A stretch of 29,397 nucleotides of DNA from an uncultured archaeon (lineage in GTDB: Archaea; Asgardarchaeota; Lokiarchaeia; Sigyniarchaeales; SOKP01), in assembly GCA_964508365.1 (NCBI GenBank), contig CAZDTP010000052.1:1-29397 (forward strand), written 5' to 3'. Each line of letters opens with the position of its first letter. Position 1 is the first letter of the stretch. The translations under genes and the position numbers were made by a program. Under the pieces are notes generated by a model. That model saw nothing but the letters and a program-made list of their open reading frames with translations. It searched no databases and had not been told where the DNA came from. Shown here one piece after another: positions 17,259-27,121 of this stretch.

Positions 17259-18203
17259 ATGGGAATGTTAGATGGAAAAGTTGCTATTATTACTGGCGCT
17301 GGGCGAGGTTTAGGTAGAGAAGAAGCGTTAGCAATGGCAAAAGAAGGTTGTAATTTAGTTATTAATGATTTAGGTGCAGGATTTGACGGGAGTGGAGCAG
17401 GAACAAAAGTAGCTGACATCGTTGCCGAGGAATGTAGAAAATTGGGTGTTAAAGCAGTCGGAAACTATGATTCTGTTACAGATTTTAATAAGGCAAAAGC
17501 AATGATCGATCAGGCAGTATCCGAATTTGGAAAATTAGACATTGTCGTGAACAATGCTGGAATCCTAAGAGATCGTATGCTGTTTAATATGTCTGAAGAA
17601 GAATTTGATGGGGTAATTGCTGTACATTTAAAAGGTACATTTAATATGACTCGTCACACAGCTAATTATTTTAGAGAAACGGGAAAAAATGATCCTAGTT
17701 TAAAGAATTTTGGCAGAATAATCAATACCGCTTCTGATGCTGGATTATTAGGAAATATGGGCCAAACTAATTATGGAGCTGCAAAAGCAGGTATCGCTGC
17801 TTTTACAGTGATCGCCGCGATGGAACTTAAAAAATATGCTACAGTTAATTGTATAGTTCCTGTAGCTAGAACACGACTTACTACTGATGCAACTCCTACA
17901 ATGATTGAAATTATGAATAAGTTGGATGACACAGGATTTGATGTTTTTGATCCTGCGAATGTAGCTCCTATGGTCGTATATCTTGCTTCAGATAATGCTA
18001 AAAAAATATCAGGCGAAGTATTTCGAGTAGTAGCAGATAGGGTATTTGCTTTTCAAGGTTGGCATACTTATAATCAAATTGATAATGGGGGTAAGCCTTT
18101 CACACCTCAAATTTTAGCTGAGAGAGTTAAATCCGATTTAATGAAGGGAGCTCCAAAGAAAGAAACATTAATGGAAGCAATTGGTTCATTAATCAAAATG
18201 TAA
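17259..18203 (+). CDS. Short-chain dehydrogenase/reductase (FabG/HSD17B4-like acyl-CoA dehydrogenase type)
   Basis: TGAGRGLG, VNNAGILRD, catalytic YGAAK, and an extended C-terminus. Confidence 0.93.
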   Translation: MGMLDGKVAIITGAGRGLGREEALAMAKEGCNLVINDLGAGFDGSGAGTKVADIVAEECRKLGVKAVGNYDSVTDFNKAKAMIDQAVSEFGKLDIVVNNAGILRDRMLFNMSEEEFDGVIAVHLKGTFNMTRHTANYFRETGKNDPSLKNFGRIINTASDAGLLGNMGQTNYGAAKAGIAAFTVIAAMELKKYATVNCIVPVARTRLTTDATPTMIEIMNKLDDTGFDVFDPANVAPMVVYLASDNAKKISGEVFRVVADRVFAFQGWHTYNQIDNGGKPFTPQILAERVKSDLMKGAPKKETLMEAIGSLIKM

Positions 18204-18225
18204 TTTAAGCTTTCATTATTTCTTA

Positions 18226-18236
18226 TTTTTTTTTTT
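18226..18236 (+). terminator. U-tract terminator candidate after the SDR gene
   Basis: T11 run between convergent genes. Confidence 0.45.
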
Positions 18237-18238
18237 AC

Positions 18239-18520
18239 TTAGCTTTCCAACTGTTTAATAATTTCTTGGAATATTTGATAAATAATTAAAATAACCTTGT
18301 CAAAATCGCTCTCTGTTAAATCTGTATCGCCTTTTTTTAATGTGTTTAAAAGGTATTCCAATTTATCTAAAGCGATTTCAATACAACCTCTTTTTTCAGT
18401 TATACTTAGTTTCTTCATGTGACTTTTTAGAAATATTATCTCGCTAAGTAGAATGTTTACCAATTTTTCTCTTCTTAGTTCAAAGAAATCAGAATATTGC
18501 CATTTAATAACTTTACTCAT
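18239..18520 (-). CDS. Hypothetical helical protein
   Basis: 93-aa ATG ORF filling the space between genes; no motif recognised. Confidence 0.65.
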   Translation of the reverse strand: MSKVIKWQYSDFFELRREKLVNILLSEIIFLKSHMKKLSITEKRGCIEIALDKLEYLLNTLKKGDTDLTESDFDKVILIIYQIFQEIIKQLES

Positions 18521-18657
18521 GATAACTATTATTTTCTTGATTTTTCTTAATTTAAGAAGTAGATTGGAATACTTAATTCTTAAAGAGACCAGTTATTGTT
18601 TAATTCTCCTTAAAAATTAGAGTAAGAAAAAAATTTTAAATAAAATAATATAAAATT

Positions 18658-20148
18658 TTATCTTTTTAGCCTTCGGAAAGGCGGCTTTAATCCGTCAGGA
18701 AGCGGTGTTTTGTATGGCTTATCTTTATGAACTTTATTGTGTTCCTTATGCGCGTATTCAACTAAATTTGGATTTTGCATGAATTCAAGGGCGGATACAG
18801 CTAATATCTTAGCTGCTGTTAACATCCCTTTATGACCGATACTCATCCCCGAAGTAGCTACATTTTGCCAAGAATGCCCGGGAGATCCCGAGATCTCACA
18901 AGCGGTCATAAATTCTCCAAGAGGTAATTTCCAAGAAACATCTGCTACATCTGTAGATCCAGGCATAACTTTACCTTTTCCCATAGGGGGAATTATGATT
19001 TTATTCAAAGGTTGACTTAAAATAACTTTTGCAAATTCTAACATATCGGGAGGTATCAGTCTGATGTATCCCTCAAGTGAGTCTTTTGGTATAGTCTTTT
19101 TTAGTTCATTAGCAAAAGCAATATCATCTTTATTAAATCTAGGGGCACCAACTTTTTTCATGGAGTTTGAAATAACATCGTCAACTACTTTCGTATACAT
19201 TGTGTTATACGTACCACTTAAAAAATCGATTTCCATCGTAGTGTCTGTCATTAAAGTCGCACCTTTTGCTATATTAATAAGCCTAGCGTATAATTCTTCA
19301 ACTTGATGGCGTTCTGGAGCGCGTACAAAATAATGTACTTCTGCTTCAGCAGGTACAACATTTGGAGTATCGCCTCCATGAGTTATAACATAATGTAATC
19401 TTGCATCAGAAATCATATGTTCTCGCATAAAATTAGCTCCTACATTCATTAACTCAACAGCGTCTAAAGCACTCCTCCCATTTTGAGGGTCTCCCGCGGC
19501 ATGAGCTGTACGTCCGTGAAATTTAAAAACAACTGAATTCATCGCTAAACAAGTCATCAGATTCAACATATTGAAACTTCCTGGATGCCATGTCAAAGCA
19601 ATATCAACATCATCGAATAGTCCTTCTTTAATCATATAACCTTTTGCGTTGAAAGTTTCCTCCGCAGGACAACCATAATAGCGTATCGTTCCACTAATAT
19701 TACCTAAATCAATAGCGTCTTTTACTGCTAATACTGCCCCTAATGAGCCTACTCCCAAAAGGTTATGCCCGCATCCATGACCTGGAGCGCCTTCTACAAA
19801 CGCCTCTTTATGAGGTGTTGCTTTTTGGTTCAGCCCTGGGAGAGCATCGAATTCTCCTAATATCCCTATAACTGGTTTACCTTTACCGTAATCCGCGAAA
19901 AAAGCAGTAGGCATGTCAGAAACATTAGATGATACAGAAAAACCTGCCTCATTTAGAGTTTTTATTAAAAGACTAGAAGATTTAAACTCTTCCAACCCTA
20001 ATTCTGCAAATTGCCAAATCTGATCACTAATATCAATCAATAATTCTCGATTTGCTTTTATCCATTTGATTGCATGTTTGTACATGATTTGCCAAAATGT
20101 AGAATTGCTAATATTTTTTATTTTAAAAAAAGAAATTTCATCCTCCAA
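18658..20148 (-). CDS. M20 amidohydrolase, AbgB-like (p-aminobenzoyl-glutamate hydrolase subunit B family)
   Basis: ELGLEEFKSS, GEFDALPG, GHGCGHN, GCPAEE, TWHP, GRSALDAVELM and GSTDVADVSW. The true start may be further downstream. Confidence 0.88.
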   Translation of the reverse strand: MEDEISFFKIKNISNSTFWQIMYKHAIKWIKANRELLIDISDQIWQFAELGLEEFKSSSLLIKTLNEAGFSVSSNVSDMPTAFFADYGKGKPVIGILGEFDALPGLNQKATPHKEAFVEGAPGHGCGHNLLGVGSLGAVLAVKDAIDLGNISGTIRYYGCPAEETFNAKGYMIKEGLFDDVDIALTWHPGSFNMLNLMTCLAMNSVVFKFHGRTAHAAGDPQNGRSALDAVELMNVGANFMREHMISDARLHYVITHGGDTPNVVPAEAEVHYFVRAPERHQVEELYARLINIAKGATLMTDTTMEIDFLSGTYNTMYTKVVDDVISNSMKKVGAPRFNKDDIAFANELKKTIPKDSLEGYIRLIPPDMLEFAKVILSQPLNKIIIPPMGKGKVMPGSTDVADVSWKLPLGEFMTACEISGSPGHSWQNVATSGMSIGHKGMLTAAKILAVSALEFMQNPNLVEYAHKEHNKVHKDKPYKTPLPDGLKPPFRRLKR

Positions 20149-20254
20149 GTAAAGGGAACATTTTTACACTTAAATAAAATAAAACCATAAATATCAATTA
20201 AAATACTTTATACTATCAAATTTTAAACGATTTAATGAAAAAAGGTGATCAAAT

Positions 20255-21295
20255 GTGAGCGATGAGAAACTGGATATTAAAGAAACTCAATCGCAACGGA
20301 AAAGGTATTACTGGCTCGACCACGCAAGAGGTTTTATCATGGCTTTGCTTGTTATTACGGAATTTCTACCTACAGTCATTAGGGAAGGATCTGAAATCGC
20401 CCGATTCTTTCTTGCACACCCAGCAAATCAAACAATCGTAGAATATATGAATTTTTACGATATCGGCGCTCCTGCTTTTATTTTTATAATGGGTCTACTC
20501 ATGCCATTGTCTTTTTCACATAGAAAAGAAAGAGATGGAGTAAATAAGGCAGTTAGACACATGGTTATTCGTTATGGGATAATTTTAGTTCTAGGTATTT
20601 TGGTGATGTTTATTGATCATGGTGAATTAATTATGATAGTAGGGGATGTTCCCGTTATTATTTGGGACGTTTTACCTTCTCTTGGACTGGTTGGATTAAT
20701 TGCCATACCATTTCTATGGTTAAAACCTAAACCCCGTGCAATCGTAGCTACAGCTATGCTGATCTTCTATCAATTTATGCTTCTTTATGGTGGTTGGCGA
20801 GAATACGCGATTATATCTATTCACGGCGGAATTTTTGGAACGATTTTTGGCTTCTCCGCTATAATGATTTACGCGACCTGCTTAGGGGAAGTAATGCTGC
20901 TTAACAAAGAGTATCCAGATAAAAAGAAATATCAAATTTATGCAATTGTTGGTGCTATAGCTTTATTAGGAGGTTTGTTACTTTCGTTTGTTCCTGGATG
21001 GTATCCAAATAAGCGTCAGGTAACTTTAACATATATATCAATAAGTTTAGGAGCATCGATCTTGTTGTCGTTTATCTTCATAGGCATTGATAAAAAAGTT
21101 CAGAAACCGATATTCATTCTAGATAGTTATGGAAAATCTCCTTTCATAATTTATGCGATAGCGATCGTATTAGAATTTTTATTAAGTGATATTATTGGAC
21201 TAGAGATGGATATTCTAATTTTCATAATAATGGTAATCGTTATGTCTGTTATAGCGATTCTTCTTGATAAGTGGGGCAAAATAATAAAATTATAA
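20255..21295 (+). CDS. Membrane acyltransferase, HGSNAT/DUF1624-like
   Basis: N-terminal RYYWLDHARG, PAFIFIMG and multiple TM helices; GTG follows SD GGTGAT. Confidence 0.75.
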   Translation: MSDEKLDIKETQSQRKRYYWLDHARGFIMALLVITEFLPTVIREGSEIARFFLAHPANQTIVEYMNFYDIGAPAFIFIMGLLMPLSFSHRKERDGVNKAVRHMVIRYGIILVLGILVMFIDHGELIMIVGDVPVIIWDVLPSLGLVGLIAIPFLWLKPKPRAIVATAMLIFYQFMLLYGGWREYAIISIHGGIFGTIFGFSAIMIYATCLGEVMLLNKEYPDKKKYQIYAIVGAIALLGGLLLSFVPGWYPNKRQVTLTYISISLGASILLSFIFIGIDKKVQKPIFILDSYGKSPFIIYAIAIVLEFLLSDIIGLEMDILIFIIMVIVMSVIAILLDKWGKIIKL

Positions 21296-21427
21296 ATTCT
21301 AAATCATATTTAGTTAACCTTTTTTTTTTCTAATTCTAAAATTTGAATACTTAAATAATATTAAATCTTAAATATCAATAACAAGATTATTCTAATAATT
21401 CTAAATATACATATTAAAATGGTTTAA

Positions 21428-21784
21428 ATGAGTGAAGATAGGATTAAAGAGGTGCTGGAAAGTTTAAAATCAATAAAGGGAGTTCATGGTGCGGCTATTA
21501 TTGAGAAGTTTGGCTTGATTAAGGGAAGCGCTTTACCTGGATGGGTCGATCCAGAAGCCGTTGCGGCTATGGTCACTCTTATTCTAAAAGCTTCTCAAAG
21601 AGCTACAAAAGAATTGGAACAAGGTCAATTTTTCAATGCAATAATTGAGAGTGCAAAAGGAAAAATACTCTTTTCTGAAATTGAAGGAAATATCTTAACG
21701 ATTATTGCTACAACTGATGCTAAACTCGGTATAATTAATCTAAAGTTAGGAGCTGCTGCAGACGCTCTGAAAGGGCTTATATAG
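21428..21784 (+). CDS. Roadblock/LC7 (MglB-like) protein
   Basis: 118 aa; GVHGAAII..GLI, AVAAM and final AKLGII pattern typical of Roadblock. Confidence 0.9.
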   Translation: MSEDRIKEVLESLKSIKGVHGAAIIEKFGLIKGSALPGWVDPEAVAAMVTLILKASQRATKELEQGQFFNAIIESAKGKILFSEIEGNILTIIATTDAKLGIINLKLGAAADALKGLI

Positions 21785-21807
21785 CTAACTTTTTATTTTT
21801 CCTGTTT

Positions 21808-21924
21808 TTAATTATTTTTTAGTAGGTTAGACAGAATCTCTCTCGTAATATTAGGATCAGCTTGACTTTTAGTTTTTGCCATAACTCGACCGATTAAGGC
21901 TTCTAATGCTTTTGGATTTTTATA
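21808..21924 (-). other. gatB: Out-of-frame C-terminal tail of GatB
   Basis: The alternative frame encodes YKNPKALEALIGRVMAKTKSQADPNITREILSNLLKNN*, which is the expected GatB/YqeY tail. Confidence 0.85.
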
Positions 21925-23264
21925 AGAGGATTTTCCTCAATTACATCTTTACACATTTTTTTAATGATATTTTCATCAGAAAGTCGAGTTCGACCTCTTT
22001 CTTTGATAATTTGAGAAACTGAAATTCCTTGCATGATGTCTTCAATAAAACTTTTAGCAATTTTAGATGTTATTTTCCCTTCTCTTAAGTATTTGATTAT
22101 ATCCCCTATGTGTTTAGGAGTGAGTTTGGTTTTATCAATAGTTAAATTGTTTTCATTTAGCCAACCAGATATATTGTTCATTAACCAATTACAATATACC
22201 TTGTATTCTTTAGATCCAAATGTTGGATCGGCGTTTGCTCCCACTTCATAAAAATCCGCGATCCGTTTATCTAACACTAAATTCTCAGAATCAAATTCAG
22301 ATAACATATATTCTCTTCGAAGCCTTAGTGCTCTGTCTGTTGGCATTTCAGGAAGGTACTCTTTTACTCTCTGAATAAATTTGTCGCCAATTTCAATTAG
22401 TCCCAAATCTTGTTCAGGAAAATATCGATAATCTTCTTCAAATTCTTTTGATCGTAGTGATAATGTAATTTTTCTTTTATCGTCCCAATGTCTCGTTTCT
22501 TGGATTAATACCTTTCCCCGTTTAATTGCGTTTTTCTGCCTTATAATTTCGTGCCTTAACGCTCGTTCAACTTCTCTAAAACTATTAATATTTTTTACCT
22601 CACTACGATCATGACCTTTTATAGAGATATTAGCATCGACTCTAACTGAACCCTCCAGTTCCAGATTTGAAATCCCAGTATATTGAACAATAGATTTCAA
22701 TTGTTTTAAAAATTCTCTCGCCTCCTCTGGTGAGCTAATCACTGGCTCAGTAACAATTTCAATAAGGCAAACACCTGAACGATTATAGTCTACTAAAGTA
22801 AATGGCGAAGAAGCTATACTTCCCTGATGAACTAATCGAGCGGGATCCTCTTCGAGATGAATTCTGTTTAATTTGATCTCTTTTTTATGATTATTTAACC
22901 TAACCGTAATTTTACCACCATCAGCAAAAGCTTTCCCCCCCGCCTTATTATACTGACTAATCTGAAACCCTTTAGGTAAGTCTGGATAGTGATAATTCTT
23001 TCTAAAAAACCAGAATTGGTGGTTAATATCACACTCTAAAGCTAAAGCTAATCTAGTAGCAAAATCGATGGTTTTCTCATTTAATACTGGAAGGGAGCCA
23101 GGCAAACCTAAACAAATAGGACATACAAAAGTATTAGGTTCTGCATTGCGATAATCGTTGCTACAACTACAAAACAGTTTTGTTTTTAGATTAGTTAATT
23201 GAATGTGGACTTCTAATCCAATAATCACTTTATTGTCTTGGTCACTCAGATTGCCTACCTCCAC
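21903..23264 (-). CDS. gatB: Aspartyl/glutamyl-tRNA amidotransferase subunit B (3' frameshift; possible CTG start at 23249)
   Basis: IGLEVHIQL, KNYHYPDLPKGFQISQY, IHLEED, RVDANIS, EVKNINS and DYRYFPE. Confidence 0.95.
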   Translation of the reverse strand: MEVGNLSDQDNKVIIGLEVHIQLTNLKTKLFCSCSNDYRNAEPNTFVCPICLGLPGSLPVLNEKTIDFATRLALALECDINHQFWFFRKNYHYPDLPKGFQISQYNKAGGKAFADGGKITVRLNNHKKEIKLNRIHLEEDPARLVHQGSIASSPFTLVDYNRSGVCLIEIVTEPVISSPEEAREFLKQLKSIVQYTGISNLELEGSVRVDANISIKGHDRSEVKNINSFREVERALRHEIIRQKNAIKRGKVLIQETRHWDDKRKITLSLRSKEFEEDYRYFPEQDLGLIEIGDKFIQRVKEYLPEMPTDRALRLRREYMLSEFDSENLVLDKRIADFYEVGANADPTFGSKEYKVYCNWLMNNISGWLNENNLTIDKTKLTPKHIGDIIKYLREGKITSKIAKSFIEDIMQGISVSQIIKERGRTRLSDENIIKKMCKDVIEENPLIKIQKH

Positions 23265-24729
23265 TCGTCAATGGGGGTGTTTTTCGAAAAATATCTAACT
23301 CTTTTTCAAGTTGGTAACCAATATTGAGAATTCCTTTTTCATCAAAAAAGTCTCCAATAATCTGAAAACCTATAGGTAAATTATTGCTATCAAAACCACA
23401 TGGAATTGAAAGTGCTGGGATTCCCGCTAAATTAACAGAACAGGTTAAGATATCTTGAGTATACATTTCCAGTGGATCTTCAATTAATGATCCAACCTTA
23501 AATGCCGTTGAAGGCATTGTTGGGCAGACGAGCGAATCACATTTCTTAAACACTTCAATAAAATCTCTTCTAATTAGAGATCTAACTTTCAAGGCTTTAA
23601 TATAGAACATGTCATAATATCCTGCTGATAAAGCGTAAGTTCCTAGATAAATTCTTCTTCTTACCTCTGGACCAAAATTTTCGCCTCGTGTTTTACTAAA
23701 AGCATCATAAACATCATTTGAGGGATTACTACTGACTTTTCCATACCTTAATCCGTCATATCTCGCCAAATTTGAACTTGCTTCACACATACATAATAAA
23801 TAATATGTAGCTATTGTGTATTCTAAATGAGGAATTGAAACCTCAACAGTGGTTGCTCCTAAGCTTTCTAATTTCTCGATTGATTTATTTATAGCTTTCT
23901 TCACTTCATTATCAATCGCTTCTCCGAAAAATTCTTTCGGAACTCCAAGTACTTTTTTTTTAAGTGGTTTTTTTATTTCCTCCGTATATTTATCTACTTT
24001 TATATCAACTGATGTAGAATCGAGAGGGTCCTTACCTGATATGATCTCAAGGATTAAGGCTGAATCGAAAACACATTTTGTAATCGGACCGATTTGATCC
24101 AGTGAATTTGCAAATGCAACTAATCCATAACGAGATACTCTGCCGTAGGTGGGTTTTAATCCTACAACTCCACAAAACGCTGCTGGGCATCTAATACTCC
24201 CTCCCGTATCGCTCCCTAATGCAAAAACAGATTGGCCTGAAGCAACTGCTGAAGCAGATCCTCCACTCGATCCTCCTGGAACTCTAGTTAAGTCCCAAGG
24301 ATTATAAGTAGGACCATAACAACTATTTTCCGTGGATCCTCCCATTGCAAACTCATCCATATTTGTATTGCCAATATGAATTGCCCTTTCTTTTATTAGA
24401 CAATCAATAACGAATGCATTGTAAGGAGGATGAAATCCTTCCAATATTTTTGAGCCACAGGTCGTTGGAAACCCATTTACACAGATTAAATCTTTATTTG
24501 CAAGTGGTAATCCACAAAGCCTTCCAATATTTTTGCTATTTTTTAGGTTTAAATCGTGTTCTTTTGCTTTTTCAAATGCTGCATTTTTTGACAAGTTAAC
24601 ATAAGAATGAATTAAATGATCAGTTGATTCTATTCTGTCATAGGTCGATTGAACTACATCTTGTACTGTGATTTCTTTATTCTTGATTTTTTCAAGTAGT
24701 TCATAGCCCATGTAATGGTATAATTCCAT
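23242..24729 (-). CDS. gatA: Aspartyl/glutamyl-tRNA amidotransferase subunit A
   Basis: Amidase signature PGGSSGGSA, GSDTGGSIR, GLKPTYGRVSRYG, LARYDG and GTYALSAGYY. Confidence 0.96.
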   Translation of the reverse strand: MELYHYMGYELLEKIKNKEITVQDVVQSTYDRIESTDHLIHSYVNLSKNAAFEKAKEHDLNLKNSKNIGRLCGLPLANKDLICVNGFPTTCGSKILEGFHPPYNAFVIDCLIKERAIHIGNTNMDEFAMGGSTENSCYGPTYNPWDLTRVPGGSSGGSASAVASGQSVFALGSDTGGSIRCPAAFCGVVGLKPTYGRVSRYGLVAFANSLDQIGPITKCVFDSALILEIISGKDPLDSTSVDIKVDKYTEEIKKPLKKKVLGVPKEFFGEAIDNEVKKAINKSIEKLESLGATTVEVSIPHLEYTIATYYLLCMCEASSNLARYDGLRYGKVSSNPSNDVYDAFSKTRGENFGPEVRRRIYLGTYALSAGYYDMFYIKALKVRSLIRRDFIEVFKKCDSLVCPTMPSTAFKVGSLIEDPLEMYTQDILTCSVNLAGIPALSIPCGFDSNNLPIGFQIIGDFFDEKGILNIGYQLEKELDIFRKTPPLTSGGRQSE

Positions 24730-24846
24730 ATCAACTAACCATCCTTTTAAATATATTAGAATCAGTGTTTCTTAAATAATTCATCGAAAAAATGATTGGA
24801 CTCTTTAATATGTAGAGGGCTCCTTTTGTCCTTTTCTCGAGCCACC

Positions 24847-26148
24847 TCACGGTGTTTTCCTTGTTAGAGTCCGAGGGAAAGGGATCGCGTCTTTAATATT
24901 ATCCAAACCGCACATCCATTGGACTACGCGTTCCACACCTAAACCGTAACCCGAGTGAGGGACGCTGCCATAACTTCTCAATGCGAAATACCAGCTGTAA
25001 TTCTCAGGGTCTTCACCATCCGCTTCCAATCTTTTTTTCATATCATCAACTAGTAAACTTCTTTCAGATCCCCCAATAATTTCACAATAGCCTTCTGGAG
25101 CAAGCATATCAAAACATAACGCTTCCTTGGGATTTTCTTCGCTTGGTGGTTTATAAAATCCCATAATTTCTGTTGGATAATGGGTTACAACTACGGGAAC
25201 TTTGAAGTGTTCTGCTATTTTTGCCTCTTCCAATGTTCTTAAATCCTTACCCCATGGAACATTCATTTGATATTCTTTATTAAGAATTTCTAATGCTTCA
25301 GCATATTTGATAGTAGGGTATTCAGCTTTTGCGTAATGTTCGAGTAATTTAAAGTCTCTTTCTAATATTTCAAGTTCTTTTTTGTTGTGCTTCAAAACTT
25401 CCTGGACAATATATCTAATTTCATCTTTAGCAACTTCAGTAACTCCATCGAGTGTCATCCACGCGGCTTCCATTTCTGCCATCCAAAATTCGGCTAAATG
25501 TCTTGAAGTTTTTGACTTTTCAGCGCGAAATGTGGGTCCCATATTATATATCTTTCCCAGCGAGAAAATACCCGCTTCAGCATACAACTGCCAAGTTTGA
25601 CTAAGATACATGATATCCTCAAAATATTTAACTTCAAAAAGTGTAGCACCTCCTTCAGATTGGCTTGGCTGGAAAATTGGTGCGTCAAATTCGTAATAGC
25701 CTCGACTTCTAAAAAAATCGTGAATTGCTCCAACTACTGTGTGCCGAATTTTCAAAACTGCGTTTAATTTTCTCGATCTTATCCACAGATGCCTATTATC
25801 ATATAAAAGCTCAGGTGATTGGTGTTCAGTAATTGGGAAAGGATCGGCAATTTGGATAATCTCCATCTTAGATACTGATACTTCATATCCGTTGGGCGCT
25901 CTTTCATCTTCCTTCAATTCACCCGAAATCTTTACTGAGGATTCAATCGTCAATTTTTCAGCTTTTTCAAAGAGTTCAGCATTATTATTTTTAGAAATCA
26001 CGCACTGGATGATGTCCGACTCGTCTCTAAGCACAATGAATACAAACTTATTACTTTTACGTTCTCGATAAACCCATCCTCTCAAATTTACAGTATGAGG
26101 TTTGTTATTTATAGCTTCTTCAATCGTTATGTATTTTAATTCAGTCAT
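24847..26148 (-). CDS. asnS: Asparagine--tRNA ligase (archaeal type)
   Basis: OB-fold LRGWVYR, motif 2 PTFRAEKSKTSRHLAEFWMAEME, and motif 3 PHSGYGLGVER...PFPRT. Confidence 0.92.
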   Translation of the reverse strand: MTELKYITIEEAINNKPHTVNLRGWVYRERKSNKFVFIVLRDESDIIQCVISKNNNAELFEKAEKLTIESSVKISGELKEDERAPNGYEVSVSKMEIIQIADPFPITEHQSPELLYDNRHLWIRSRKLNAVLKIRHTVVGAIHDFFRSRGYYEFDAPIFQPSQSEGGATLFEVKYFEDIMYLSQTWQLYAEAGIFSLGKIYNMGPTFRAEKSKTSRHLAEFWMAEMEAAWMTLDGVTEVAKDEIRYIVQEVLKHNKKELEILERDFKLLEHYAKAEYPTIKYAEALEILNKEYQMNVPWGKDLRTLEEAKIAEHFKVPVVVTHYPTEIMGFYKPPSEENPKEALCFDMLAPEGYCEIIGGSERSLLVDDMKKRLEADGEDPENYSWYFALRSYGSVPHSGYGLGVERVVQWMCGLDNIKDAIPFPRTLTRKTP

Positions 26149-26289
26149 AATACCTAATTTAATAAATATTGTTGAAAATAAATAGTTAATTTCTACATAG
26201 AAAAGTAACTCTTCAAAAGAAAAAAGATTATTACTATTAGCTTTTAAAACTGAAAACAGGTGAAAAAAACAAAATTAGAATTCAATATT

Positions 26290-26838
26290 CTAAACAATGA
26301 ATATAGCGGCTGCTAAAGTACATGCCCATTCCTCCTCCTCTCTAACTATAGCGTGGGCAGTTATACTTTTAGTTTCTACAATCTTACCACCCATTTTATA
26401 AACTTCTTTTTTTTCATCATAATTTAGATCAGGATCAAATGGCACCCCAAGGGTTGATGCAAGCATTTCTGCTGCTAAATCCTCAGCAATGTCAGCTACC
26501 TTTTCAGGTTTTTTTCCAAAATCGTGATATTCACTTAAATAGCCATAGTGCCCTTTATCTGCGGGTTTTGCCACTCCGATTGATGAAGCGATAATCCTAT
26601 TATACTCATTCGATTCTTCTCTAGCAAGTACACAATGCACAATTTGACCGGCGCGTAATTGTTTTAACCCATCTTCTTTCTGAATTTCAATACAATAGGG
26701 TGGTAGTATTGAAGACACGCTCACTAAGTTATATTTCTCAATACCTGCATCTCTAAGTGCTTGTTCAAATGCTGCTAATTTGATTTTATGAAATCCTTTA
26801 CCAGCTACTAAAAATACCTTCTTGGGAACAAGTGACAT
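26290..26838 (-). CDS. pdaD: Pyruvoyl-dependent arginine decarboxylase
   Basis: FEQALRDAGIEKYNLVSVSSILPP contains the Ser-Ser self-cleavage site; also GYLSEYH. Confidence 0.92.
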   Translation of the reverse strand: MSLVPKKVFLVAGKGFHKIKLAAFEQALRDAGIEKYNLVSVSSILPPYCIEIQKEDGLKQLRAGQIVHCVLAREESNEYNRIIASSIGVAKPADKGHYGYLSEYHDFGKKPEKVADIAEDLAAEMLASTLGVPFDPDLNYDEKKEVYKMGGKIVETKSITAHAIVREEEEWACTLAAAIFIV

Positions 26839-27121
26839 CTTATAATGATAAATCTATTATATTAATCAATTAATTATAAAATAAATCTTAATTATATTTA
26901 AATTTATTTTAACATCAATATAGAATTGCAAAAGAAAAAAGGTTAGATTATACTAATTAATCAGAACTTCAAAATATTAAAATAGTAGTAATAGAATATC
27001 TAAGATCTTAGAAAATTAGAAAGTCTTTCACTTTTGAATAAATCTTTAAAGATATTGCAATAATAAGATAAAAGTCTAAGGTGATTGAAATTAAATTAAT
27101 TATGTTTTATTCGATTTTAAA

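Noticed and set aside
24790-24849. GGCTC...GAGCC hairpin after the asnS TGA as a tRNA fragment or SECIS/readthrough signal
   Set aside because: There is no cloverleaf, AsnRS is already complete at its terminal Pro, and readthrough would add only a motif-less tail.
19064-26071. Short overlapping ORFs at 19064, 22033, 23849, 24414, 25382, 25494 and 25739
   Set aside because: All lie within strongly supported genes, on the opposite strand or in another frame.
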